Part shown: positions 1 to 8,691 of the stretch, in pieces
How the letters are laid out: each line of letters begins with the position of its first letter
Position numbering within the stretch: position 1 is the stretch's first letter
Source: Nitrosopumilaceae archaeon
Lineage (GTDB): Archaea > Thermoproteota > Nitrososphaeria > Nitrososphaerales > Nitrosopumilaceae
NCBI GenBank assembly: GCA_965208905.1
Contig: OZ242365.1
Coordinates: 864,001-928,000 of the forward strand
Reading direction: 5' to 3'
DNA length: 64,000 nucleotides
Made by a program: the position numbers and the translations under genes
The notes under the pieces: model-generated
Databases searched by the model: none
Told to the model about the DNA's origin: nothing
What the model saw: the letters and a program-made list of their open reading frames with translations, nothing else

Positions 1-532
1 GTGCATCTATAGATGAGGTTATGTTTAGAACCTGACTTTCTTGAGCGGAACCCACTGCAGTATATGTGGCAGTAAATTCATCACCACCTGTGTGGAATAA
101 CAGTCCTGCTCCAGAGTACTCAAAGTATCCTACCTTCGAGTCAATATCCATAAATGTCCAACCGTATACTCTATCATCATCTATTCTCCAAATTGCTTGA
201 CCACGTGAATCCTCATTGTTCATCTCATGAAGTATAACAATATCTATAGGCTCACTGGCGACATATGACACAGTACCAGCGTATATGATGCCATCACTTG
301 GCTCTAGTACTCTGACTATCTGGTGTGTCTCATGTCCTAGTCCGGGTGAGAGGGCTGAGTCTGCTGTCTGGGTAAAGCGGTACTCGTGACTTGTTGGCTC
401 CATATGCTCCATACTATCCATATGCTCTCCATCATCTGAGGCCGCGATTGCTGCTTGCTCTGACATAGACCAAGATAGGAAGATTGCGCCTAACATTGCA
501 GCTGTAGCTACTCCCATTAGTATCATTTTCAT
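1..532 (-). CDS. Secreted/membrane-anchored hypothetical protein, runs off window start
   Basis: Manual translation from ATG at 532: MKMILMGVATAAMLGAIFLSWSMSEQAAIAA..., signal-peptide-like N-terminus, open to window edge. Confidence 0.7.
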   Translation of the reverse strand, partial: MKMILMGVATAAMLGAIFLSWSMSEQAAIAASDDGEHMDSMEHMEPTSHEYRFTQTADSALSPGLGHETHQIVRVLEPSDGIIYAGTVSYVASEPIDIVILHEMNNEDSRGQAIWRIDDDRVYGWTFMDIDSKVGYFEYSGAGLLFHTGGDEFTATYTAVGSAQESQVLNITSSIDA

Positions 533-609
533 TGCCCTTAAGGATTGATCACTATATAAAAACATTAACTCTGTAGGTTATCTGGAAAATACGGCTGATG
601 GTAGTTTTA

Positions 610-2035
610 GGGAATTACATACAAAAGTACAGATCCTACGCATCCTTAAATATCAGTATACCGTATTACACATTATGATACGGATAGTCAAGGTACCGCT
701 ACGAAAGGATGTGTTGTTTGCAGAGTGGGCGCACCGCACGAATCATGCGTCAAGATATGTGTACAATCAGGCTGTATCGGAGTACCTGTTTGGCGGGGAA
801 TACATGGAGAGGGTGGTAGTGGACATCCTACAGCCCTTCAAACTGCCAAACACGCTGGACGATTTTACATCAGGTACGCTGGAAGATGACTACCAGGCAT
901 ATGATTTTGGACCGTCTAAATATGCGCTAAAGTACGGCATGTACAAACAGCTTACAGAGTGGCGCGCCAAACATACATGGTTGCGCGAATGCCCCATGGT
1001 ATTTGGCCGCGGCGCCATACAGGATGCCTCGGTTGCATGTAGAAGAGTTATACATGACAACTCCGGCCACGCGCCGTACCGCCGTAAAGACGGCCGCATC
1101 ATACTATATAGTGTAAACCCGCCTGTACGGAAGGATGATCATACAGTACGAATACCCGGATATGGTATGGTAAAGACCGCAAAACCCATAGACGAAACAT
1201 GGGACATGCGGTCATTCAAGATAGTTGATGTTACCAAGAAGGTGACCAAATACACCAAACCATCCGACCATATGTTTGAGCTGCACATTGCTGTATACAC
1301 ACCAGTGGAACAGCACCGTACTACGGGCGTAATACGGGGTGTCGATGTGGGTGGCAAACACCTGGCAGTCACGGTAGACACAAACGGCAACGTTACAATA
1401 CACAACACGCGCCATAGAATAATCCTGCGGGAGATTGACGCGCTAAAGAGCCTGCGCGACCGCAAGGTACGGCATGGCCGGAAGTGGCATATATTGAACG
1501 ACCAAATAAAGCGGCTATACAGGAAGGCTGATGGCATCGCCGTGAATACGATAAACCAGACCGTATCGCGTGTAGTACAGGGAGTGGATGCAGTCATAGC
1601 CGAGATATTATCCATACAAGACATGACTGCACATGGCGGGAATTACAAAAGACACATGAACCGCTCCATGCGGGAGAACCGACTTGGTGAATTTCTACGG
1701 AAGTTGGCGCAGCGATGCGAGAGGGAAGACATTCCGCTATACGGGGTGATGGCCGCATATACGAGCCAGACGTGTCATGTGTGCGGTCACACAGACTCGG
1801 AATCGCGTGTATCACGCGACAAATTCATTTGCACTAATTGTACCAGAGTGTTTCACGCGGATGTCAATGCCGCCTGGAATATTTTACATCGGGCGGCGGG
1901 GAACGTCGTCCTAAGACGGCCGGGGCACAAGGAGGGCTACAAGCCAACACCCGCCATGCTCCGTTCCATACAACGAGGTCGTCAGAAAAGACATGAGTGT
2001 ACAGCTACGGCTGTGTACTTTTGTATATAATTCCC
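610..2035 (+). mobile_element. Non-autonomous TIR element carrying tnpB (TIR family GGGAATTA)
   Basis: 22-bp TIRs GGGAATTACATACAAAAGTACA / GGGAATTATATACAAAAGTACA (1 mismatch); 8-bp direct repeat TAGTTTTA at 602-609 and 2036-2043. Confidence 0.93.
675..2030 (+). CDS. tnpB: TnpB-family RNA-guided nuclease (lineage 1)
   Basis: RuvC-I GVDVG, RuvC-II VIAE, Zn finger CHVC..CTNC, RuvC-III HADVNAAWNI; stop codon lies inside the right TIR. Confidence 0.92.
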   Translation: MIRIVKVPLRKDVLFAEWAHRTNHASRYVYNQAVSEYLFGGEYMERVVVDILQPFKLPNTLDDFTSGTLEDDYQAYDFGPSKYALKYGMYKQLTEWRAKHTWLRECPMVFGRGAIQDASVACRRVIHDNSGHAPYRRKDGRIILYSVNPPVRKDDHTVRIPGYGMVKTAKPIDETWDMRSFKIVDVTKKVTKYTKPSDHMFELHIAVYTPVEQHRTTGVIRGVDVGGKHLAVTVDTNGNVTIHNTRHRIILREIDALKSLRDRKVRHGRKWHILNDQIKRLYRKADGIAVNTINQTVSRVVQGVDAVIAEILSIQDMTAHGGNYKRHMNRSMRENRLGEFLRKLAQRCEREDIPLYGVMAAYTSQTCHVCGHTDSESRVSRDKFICTNCTRVFHADVNAAWNILHRAAGNVVLRRPGHKEGYKPTPAMLRSIQRGRQKRHECTATAVYFCI

Positions 2036-2255
2036 TAGTTTTACGTATACCCGGACTCACAAATTTGTCTATGACGTTATACAAGAGAGATGCTCAAAGT
2101 AATACTGTGTTTACGACCGAACGTTGTCAAAAATATATCCTAACCTGAATACGTCCTGACCATCTATATGTGGCTCAATTTAGGTCCGCACCAAACTTTG
2201 GGGACGAAACTATATTCCATAAGATAATTAAGAGCCACATTACAGTATTTACAGT

Positions 2256-2423
2256 ATGACCAAATGTAGTGAATGTGACGCGGATATATCCACTCCCACA
2301 GATGCCTTAGAAGGAGAGATTGTGACGTGCGCTGATTGTGGAGCAAGTTTCGAGTTGATTGGTAGTTCGGATCCGTTTAGTCTCAAACCCGCCCAGACGG
2401 TAGGCGAGGATTGGGGGCAGTGA
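2256..2423 (+). CDS. lysW: LysW/ArgW amino-group carrier protein (55 aa, missing from ORF track)
   Basis: MTKCSECD...VTCADCGASFEL...GEDWGQ; zinc ribbon and EDWG C-terminus; stop overlaps lysX GTG. Confidence 0.92.
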   Translation: MTKCSECDADISTPTDALEGEIVTCADCGASFELIGSSDPFSLKPAQTVGEDWGQ

Positions 2424-3268
2424 ATCCTGACATAGCCATACTTTACGATACTATCAGGTGGGAAGAGAAGGCCTTGCTGGCGTCAGCAAAAGATATGGGT
2501 GTGACTACCAGTATGGTAAACTGTAAGGGCCTGCATCTGGATTTGGAGGGCAAGACAGACAAGTTTGGTGTGGTACTTCAAAGATGTGTCAGCTATTACA
2601 GAAATGTTCACTCCACAGCGGCACTAGAAGGCATGGGCGTGGATGTAATTAACTGTCATATGACTGGCATACTCGCTGGCAATAAACTATACTCTCACAT
2701 GTTACTCAAAAATGCCGGCGTACCCACACCCAAGGCAACTGTCTCATTTTCACAAGAGGCTGCCTTAAAAGCACTGGATGAGATTGGATATCCTGCAGTC
2801 ATAAAGCCAACCGTGGGAAGCTGGGGCCGACTAATATCAAAGATAAATGATCCAGAGATAGCAGGCAGTATACTGGAGAGCAGGGAGAGTATGTATCCCA
2901 TATACCAGATACACTACATCGAAGAGTTCGTAAAGCGACCTCCTAGAGATATCCGTGCTATAATGGTGGGTGATGAAATAGTGGCAGCCATATATCGTAC
3001 CTCCCATGATAACATGTGGAAGACCAATACGGCCTTGGGTGGAACCGCGGATCCGTGTCCTGTAACACCTGAGATGGAAGAGATGTGCATAAAAGCATCA
3101 AATGCCGTAAGTGGTAAAATCGTGGGTGTGGATTTGATGGAGAGTGATGATGGGTTGTTAGTACATGAAGTAAACAACACAACTGAATTCAAGAACACTG
3201 TACGGGTTACAGGTATTGACATAGCCGGCGCCATGATAAAGTACGCAATACAGAGGGCCAGACGATGA
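2420..3268 (+). CDS. lysX: LysX/ArgX ATP-grasp ligase
   Basis: RimK-like motifs KPTVGSWGR, EVNNTTEF; follows lysW. Confidence 0.92.
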   Translation: MNPDIAILYDTIRWEEKALLASAKDMGVTTSMVNCKGLHLDLEGKTDKFGVVLQRCVSYYRNVHSTAALEGMGVDVINCHMTGILAGNKLYSHMLLKNAGVPTPKATVSFSQEAALKALDEIGYPAVIKPTVGSWGRLISKINDPEIAGSILESRESMYPIYQIHYIEEFVKRPPRDIRAIMVGDEIVAAIYRTSHDNMWKTNTALGGTADPCPVTPEMEEMCIKASNAVSGKIVGVDLMESDDGLLVHEVNNTTEFKNTVRVTGIDIAGAMIKYAIQRARR

Positions 3269-4395
3269 TGTATGGGGCCAATGTAAGTTCAAAATATGCA
3301 GTCAAGATGCTCGAAAAAGCTCTCCGACTCTATACGCCATCACTAAGCGAGCGACCCATGACAGAATTTTTGGCAGACAAGTGCGATGAGCTGGGATTTA
3401 ATGATATACGAATAGATGGTGTGGGTAATGTCATCGCCACAAAGGGCTCTGGTTCACCTACAACAATACTGTGTGGTCATATGGATACGGTGCCCGGCAA
3501 GATACGGGTTCGCCGAGATGGTGACACACTGTATGGCCGTGGAGCCTCAGATGCCAAGGCTCCTTTGATGGCAATGTTGTTTGCCGCAGCATCAGTCGGT
3601 GATGGTAATGGAACTGTGATCTTTGTAGGCGCCGTAGATGAGGAGGGTAACGCTACAGGGATAAAAAATCTGGTCAAAAAGAGAATGAATGTAGATTATG
3701 CTGTATTTGGCGAACCTAGTAGATTAGATCAGGTAACAATAGCCTATAAAGGTAGACTGGCTATCAGCTTGCGTGTAGATGTAAAAGACAGCTCCCATGC
3801 CAGCGCGCCTTGGCTATCAAAGAATGCTATAGAAGAGACTGCATACTTTACATCCAAATTAAAGAGTGCCTTGGAGGCTAGACATGCCGATAGTCGTAGT
3901 ATGCAGATGACTGCTGCTATAACCGAGATTCGCGGCGGCTCCAGTCACAATGTTACTCCGCAAGAGTGCACCACCACTATGGATATACGCATACCTGTCA
4001 CCACCAACTGTAAAATGATTGAGGAGAAGATATCCGACCTTGTTAGAAGCATTAGCGAGGAGAGGGACGTGGAGGTATTCTATTCTATATTGGATGAGAC
4101 CGAACCCTTTGAGGCTCCTCACAACTCGCCTCTGGTACGAGCGTTTACACTGGGAATAATTGAGTGTGAGGGGAACAGACCCACATTGATAAGAAAGACA
4201 GGTACCGGAGACATGAATGTTATGGGAAGTCGATGGGGAATTCCAGTAATCACATATGGACCTGGCGATCCACATGCTTCCCACACAATAAATGAGAGTG
4301 TGTCAGTATCTGAGTATCTGCGAGGAATCGATGTACTCAAAAAATCACTGGCTCACTTGAAGAGACTTCATGATAAAAGACGGGCCACTGTATAA
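3265..4395 (+). CDS. lysK: [LysW]-lysine/ornithine hydrolase (M20 peptidase)
   Basis: GHMDTVPG, GRGASDAK, DEEG, GTGDMN motifs; operon context. Confidence 0.9.
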   Translation: MMYGANVSSKYAVKMLEKALRLYTPSLSERPMTEFLADKCDELGFNDIRIDGVGNVIATKGSGSPTTILCGHMDTVPGKIRVRRDGDTLYGRGASDAKAPLMAMLFAAASVGDGNGTVIFVGAVDEEGNATGIKNLVKKRMNVDYAVFGEPSRLDQVTIAYKGRLAISLRVDVKDSSHASAPWLSKNAIEETAYFTSKLKSALEARHADSRSMQMTAAITEIRGGSSHNVTPQECTTTMDIRIPVTTNCKMIEEKISDLVRSISEERDVEVFYSILDETEPFEAPHNSPLVRAFTLGIIECEGNRPTLIRKTGTGDMNVMGSRWGIPVITYGPGDPHASHTINESVSVSEYLRGIDVLKKSLAHLKRLHDKRRATV

Positions 4396-5408
4396 TGTTG
4401 CATATAGTGGGATTGGGCGTATCGGATGACTCCATACCATATAACATTGAAGATATAATACAAAAAGCAGACATAGTATATCTGGAGGTATTCACCAGCC
4501 CAGACATCAATACCTCCCAGATAAGGCGCATATGCCCCACACTACAGATGGCCCCTAGGTGGCTGGTGGAGGATGGTCGCCGCATACTAGAAGAATCAGA
4601 ATACAAAGATGTGGTTTTAGCATCATATGGAGACCCCTTGGTGGCCACTACCCACACTGAACTTCGAGTACGTGCAGCACAAAGGGGCATACCCGTAAAT
4701 GTGGTGCATGGCCCCTCTGCCATCACAACCTTAGTGGGTGAGTGCGGCCTACATCATTACATGATGGGCCGCATGGCTACCATAATGAGCGAAGATACAC
4801 TGTTGGAGACACCATACATGGTCTCGTATAGAAATGCCGTATTGGGGAATCACACACTGTTATTATTGGAGTATAATCAGGATGCAGACTTTTTTCTAAA
4901 AGCAGATGTGGCACTACAGGGGCTATCTGATGCTGAAAAGAGTTATCGGCGAGGCGTATTTACACCTGACAGACACTGTATAGTGGCATGTCGTATAGGG
5001 ACAAAGAGACAACTTGTAGTATCTGGAAGTCTCTCAAGCCTTGAGGGATACGACTTTGGCGAACCCCCACACTCCATAATACTGACTGGAAGGCTCCACT
5101 TTACTGAATGTGACGCTATACGGGTATTAACCAGATGTATGGATGACCCCCCAGAAAATCAAACCATAAAGAGCATACCACAACAGATGATTGAAAAATA
5201 TACTCCAATGATACACAAATCCATTCAAGATCTTCCAGACTGCTCTAATAATGAAAAATTGATAGTACAAAATGCCATCTCATACATACAAGACGCTCAG
5301 AGGGCTTTGGAGAGTGGCCAAGACGAGGTGGCCATACTGTCTATAGGTTATGCAGATGGTCTAGTAGATGCGTTACGTATTTCACATGGCATGGATCCGA
5401 AAATATAA
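4395..5408 (+). CDS. dph5: Diphthine synthase with C-terminal DUF357-like extension
   Basis: IVGLG, YLEVFTS, GDPLVATTH, DFGEPPHSII; C-terminal LSIGYADGLVDALR. Confidence 0.85.
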   Translation: MLHIVGLGVSDDSIPYNIEDIIQKADIVYLEVFTSPDINTSQIRRICPTLQMAPRWLVEDGRRILEESEYKDVVLASYGDPLVATTHTELRVRAAQRGIPVNVVHGPSAITTLVGECGLHHYMMGRMATIMSEDTLLETPYMVSYRNAVLGNHTLLLLEYNQDADFFLKADVALQGLSDAEKSYRRGVFTPDRHCIVACRIGTKRQLVVSGSLSSLEGYDFGEPPHSIILTGRLHFTECDAIRVLTRCMDDPPENQTIKSIPQQMIEKYTPMIHKSIQDLPDCSNNEKLIVQNAISYIQDAQRALESGQDEVAILSIGYADGLVDALRISHGMDPKI

Positions 5409-5432
5409 TATTCCAAAAAACAACCTACTATT

Positions 5433-6044
5433 TTGCAGATGGATTCAATACAAGGCAGTGTGATATTTGCTGCATATGTTGCGCAGATCACCGACAAACC
5501 ACTACAAGATGTGTGTGCGCAGCGAGGAGTGCCTGATTATGTTATGCGCAAAGGTATCGCTAGACTGAACCGTAATGGTCTGATGGATGAACATACACTG
5601 ACGGCACTGGGCCGAGAGTCTATTCGGGTAGTTTTAACTGGAGGTGTCTTTGATATAATACATCCTGGTCACATACACACACTCAATGCCGCCAAGGGTC
5701 TAGGGGATATATTGGTGGTGGTTGTTGCCAGTAATAGTACGGCTACTAAAAAGAGTGATAACATAATACACTCCCAGACACAGCGGCAGACTTTAGTGGA
5801 GTCACTACAGATTGTAGATGTCTGTGTGATAGGACACCAGAATAATATATTCAAGACTGTTCAGGATATAATGCCTGATATTGTAGCGCTGGGATATGAT
5901 CAAGGACATCATGAAAAATATATCGCTGATGGGTGCAAAAAAATCAATCCGCGAATTCAGGTGGCACGACTGCAGTCACCTGTACCAGACATATCCAGCT
6001 CAGAGATAAAACGTGTATATGGTGACAATATACATAATCTCTAA
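5433..6044 (+). CDS. ribL: FAD synthase / cytidylyltransferase family
   Basis: GGVFDIIHPGH (HxGH), PDIVALGYDQ, ISSS; adjacent to ribK. Confidence 0.75.
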   Translation: MQMDSIQGSVIFAAYVAQITDKPLQDVCAQRGVPDYVMRKGIARLNRNGLMDEHTLTALGRESIRVVLTGGVFDIIHPGHIHTLNAAKGLGDILVVVVASNSTATKKSDNIIHSQTQRQTLVESLQIVDVCVIGHQNNIFKTVQDIMPDIVALGYDQGHHEKYIADGCKKINPRIQVARLQSPVPDISSSEIKRVYGDNIHNL

Positions 6045-6721
6045 CTCTCCGCCAGTATGGATACTGTAATCTGTGATCCGTCAGATATATTTGCCCGGGT
6101 TCTTAGATGCACATCAGATATTATCTCCATTATGCACGGGTCATGATGAGTTCTCTCCAAACGAATCATATAGCAGTTGATGTCTGGCAGTATCCGTATG
6201 GGATAGCAGCGTACCCAACCATATGTTCTTTGACCATCCGAGAAACCTTCAATCAATATGCTGGGAAAATCCTCAACACCTGATATGGTACGGGCAGACT
6301 CTGTATCCAATTGTACATTTAGTGTGCCCGGAAAAGGAGTCAAGTCAATCTTTGCGCAAAATTGTGTTATATATCCGGGTAACGACATGTAATATGCGCC
6401 CTCACCAACACCAGACACTATCCTCCCCCGGAGAGTTGCACTGCGAGGCTTGTGTTGTACAGCATTGTTCAATATGGATGAGACTCTCATCACCTCGGCA
6501 TACCCTTTCTTTGTGACCCGTATGTGTCTACCACGTCCTTTGGCTTCACGCTGAATCAGACCACTACTCTCCAACTCTGCTAGATGACTAGATGCTGCCT
6601 GCTGAGATACGCCCACCGCCCGACCCAACGTCAATGTGGTTACAGGTACAAATCCATTCTGACACCCCAAAGTCATCAAATGGGCCAAAGTCATCAAATG
6701 ATGGATCTTTAATGTTGCCAA
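6041..6721 (-). CDS. ribK: CTP-dependent riboflavin kinase with N-terminal HTH
   Basis: SQQAAS HTH, GRIVSGVGEGAYY, PFPGTLN, ERTHH. Confidence 0.9.
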   Translation of the reverse strand: MATLKIHHLMTLAHLMTLGCQNGFVPVTTLTLGRAVGVSQQAASSHLAELESSGLIQREAKGRGRHIRVTKKGYAEVMRVSSILNNAVQHKPRSATLRGRIVSGVGEGAYYMSLPGYITQFCAKIDLTPFPGTLNVQLDTESARTISGVEDFPSILIEGFSDGQRTYGWVRCYPIRILPDINCYMIRLERTHHDPCIMEIISDVHLRTRANISDGSQITVSILAES

Positions 6722-7912
6722 CTAACGAATATCCAAGTCCGCAAATGATGTGAGCACCACTCCGCCTGTGTTAGTCACCTTTGCCACCCGGTGTCCCACT
6801 ATATACTGCACGCCTGCACTTCGGGCACCATCCAGCAATCTCTGTGTTATTATTCCGTCCAGAAACAAGAAATGAACATTTGACTGTGTAGATATGGTGC
6901 GTACTAATTCATTGATTGGCACTCGAAACATCTCCTCTTGGCTCTCATCCAGCGCAACTGCCTCTAATGTCTCTTTTAGTTTTGGATATATGACCGCAGC
7001 AAGTGACTGAACTGCCTTTTCAGAACTACTCAACTCCGGTGCAGGTTCATCCCCCGACTCAATCTGCTTTACTATGGGTCTTAGTATTTCGTCAATACGT
7101 AGAGGAGTCAACTCTTCGACCTCCATTCCCGGGTCGGCACGTAACTCATAATCGACAGTAACCACAGATTTTAGACCTTTCAGTATAAAACCTCCTGCTC
7201 TATCCCCATCGGTAAATGCTACTATCTTCTCCTTTGCAGAACACAGATCTTTTATGGAGTCGTCTATCTTTGCGCCCTCAATTGCTATGGCATTATCGTA
7301 GCCGGCCCTCAGTAGATTGATGACATCAGCCCTCCCCTCTACTAGAATTATCCAGTTACTCTCGTATACGCCAGAACCACAGGTAAGTTTTGATGGTCCA
7401 TAAGATGCCAGTGTTCTTGAAGCGCCCTGATGTATGTCACGAATCATGGACTCGCCCTCGCTTATGGTCTTTGTGGCCCAACGTTGTTTTATCTCCTTGG
7501 CGCGCCGTACTATGTCATCTTTCTTGACGGCTCGTATATCTTCTAATGAGATGAGCTTGTAATTACAGTCAAAGGGACCTACCTTTTCAATACTTTCTAT
7601 GGCTGCAGCTATCAGAGCGCAGGGATCGATATCGGTACTCATAGGAATATTTACCTCACCACTGGTGGCATTTCCAGAGACACGTATGTCAACTTCGATA
7701 CGTCCTACCTTTGATGCTCGCTGCAGTTCGTTGAGGTTCATTTCGGGACCTAGCAGACCTTCGGTCTGCCCAAAGATGGCACCGATTATATCTGTCCGCT
7801 CAACGATCCCATCCACTTTGAAGGAAAGCTTAACATTATATTTGTCAGCGCCCGTGCTGGGCATAAACCAATCAACTCCTGAATTATCATGTATGAATAA
7901 TCTGGATTGCAT
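6722..7912 (-). CDS. dnaG: Archaeal DnaG-like protein
   Basis: GAIFGQTEGLLG, VEGRADV TOPRIM, DGDRAG, DGIITQRL. Confidence 0.93.
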   Translation of the reverse strand: MQSRLFIHDNSGVDWFMPSTGADKYNVKLSFKVDGIVERTDIIGAIFGQTEGLLGPEMNLNELQRASKVGRIEVDIRVSGNATSGEVNIPMSTDIDPCALIAAAIESIEKVGPFDCNYKLISLEDIRAVKKDDIVRRAKEIKQRWATKTISEGESMIRDIHQGASRTLASYGPSKLTCGSGVYESNWIILVEGRADVINLLRAGYDNAIAIEGAKIDDSIKDLCSAKEKIVAFTDGDRAGGFILKGLKSVVTVDYELRADPGMEVEELTPLRIDEILRPIVKQIESGDEPAPELSSSEKAVQSLAAVIYPKLKETLEAVALDESQEEMFRVPINELVRTISTQSNVHFLFLDGIITQRLLDGARSAGVQYIVGHRVAKVTNTGGVVLTSFADLDIR

Positions 7913-7955
7913 TATAATAGTCTAACGAAATTGAAAAATGGGAAAAATTTGAAAA

Positions 7956-8306
7956 CTACTCGGTATTAAAGGAGTGTCCGCAAGAGCAGGACTTTACTAC
8001 ATTGGGATTGTTAATCTTAAATCCAGAGCCCATGAGACTCTCAATGTAGTCCACATTAGCGCCTTTGAGGTGGTCTAAACTCATGCTATCCACTAGTAAC
8101 TTTACACCAGCCTCTTCTATGACTAGGTCGTCCTCCTCTGGCTTGGCCTCAAAGCCCATGCCGTATGAGAGGCCAGAACATCCTCCTCCCTGTACGTATA
8201 CACGCAGATATTCGGGCTTGGCTTCCTCTTCGGCCATAAACTCTTTAATCTTTGTAGCCGCAGTCGCGGTAACGGTTATCAACTTTTGTGTCTGTTTAGT
8301 CTCCAT
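7956..8306 (-). CDS. erpA: HesB/IscA/ErpA Fe-S cluster carrier
   Basis: GGGCSGLSY and CSCGHSF motifs. Confidence 0.88.
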   Translation of the reverse strand: METKQTQKLITVTATAATKIKEFMAEEEAKPEYLRVYVQGGGCSGLSYGMGFEAKPEEDDLVIEEAGVKLLVDSMSLDHLKGANVDYIESLMGSGFKINNPNVVKSCSCGHSFNTE

Positions 8307-8352
8307 TGTATGGTACTTTGTTAATTTTTGTTATAATAACTTTGTGGAGTTA

Positions 8353-8512
8353 GGTTCTTGCAAGGACAGGTGATTTGGCCATGCCCAAACGTAGGGCATT
8401 CTGCGGCGTACCATCCCATCAATATCCCTCCTACGATACATGTTGGATGTGGCGGGTGTCTGGCGGTATCACACTTCGTCTCGGGCCGTCACCCCGTCTT
8501 GCGGGAGTAACC
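8353..8512. mobile_element. Degenerate MITE-like remnant with GGTTCC-family-like ends
   Basis: Left GGTTCTTGCAAGGACAGGTGAT; right (rev-comp) GGTTACTCCCGCAAGACGGGGTGAC; no clean TSD. Confidence 0.5.
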
Positions 8513-8691
8513 CATTTGTGGGGGCTAAATGGTTACCATGCCCCCTGCTAATTTTAGGCGCTCGATATAGGTTGTTGCTACATATTGCTAATTAACACCG
8601 TTTTGCGCCGTTAGTAAGGCTGCAATGCCCGTATCACATCAAAATCGGACCTAGAACGGGGGCGGGGTTGAGCATGTACGCCCTTCAGATG

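Noticed and set aside
8340-8680. RNase P or SRP RNA in the GC-richer intergenic region
   Set aside because: Could not find RNase P GAGGAAAGUCC-type or SRP helix-8 motifs on either strand; TIR-like ends explain part of it.
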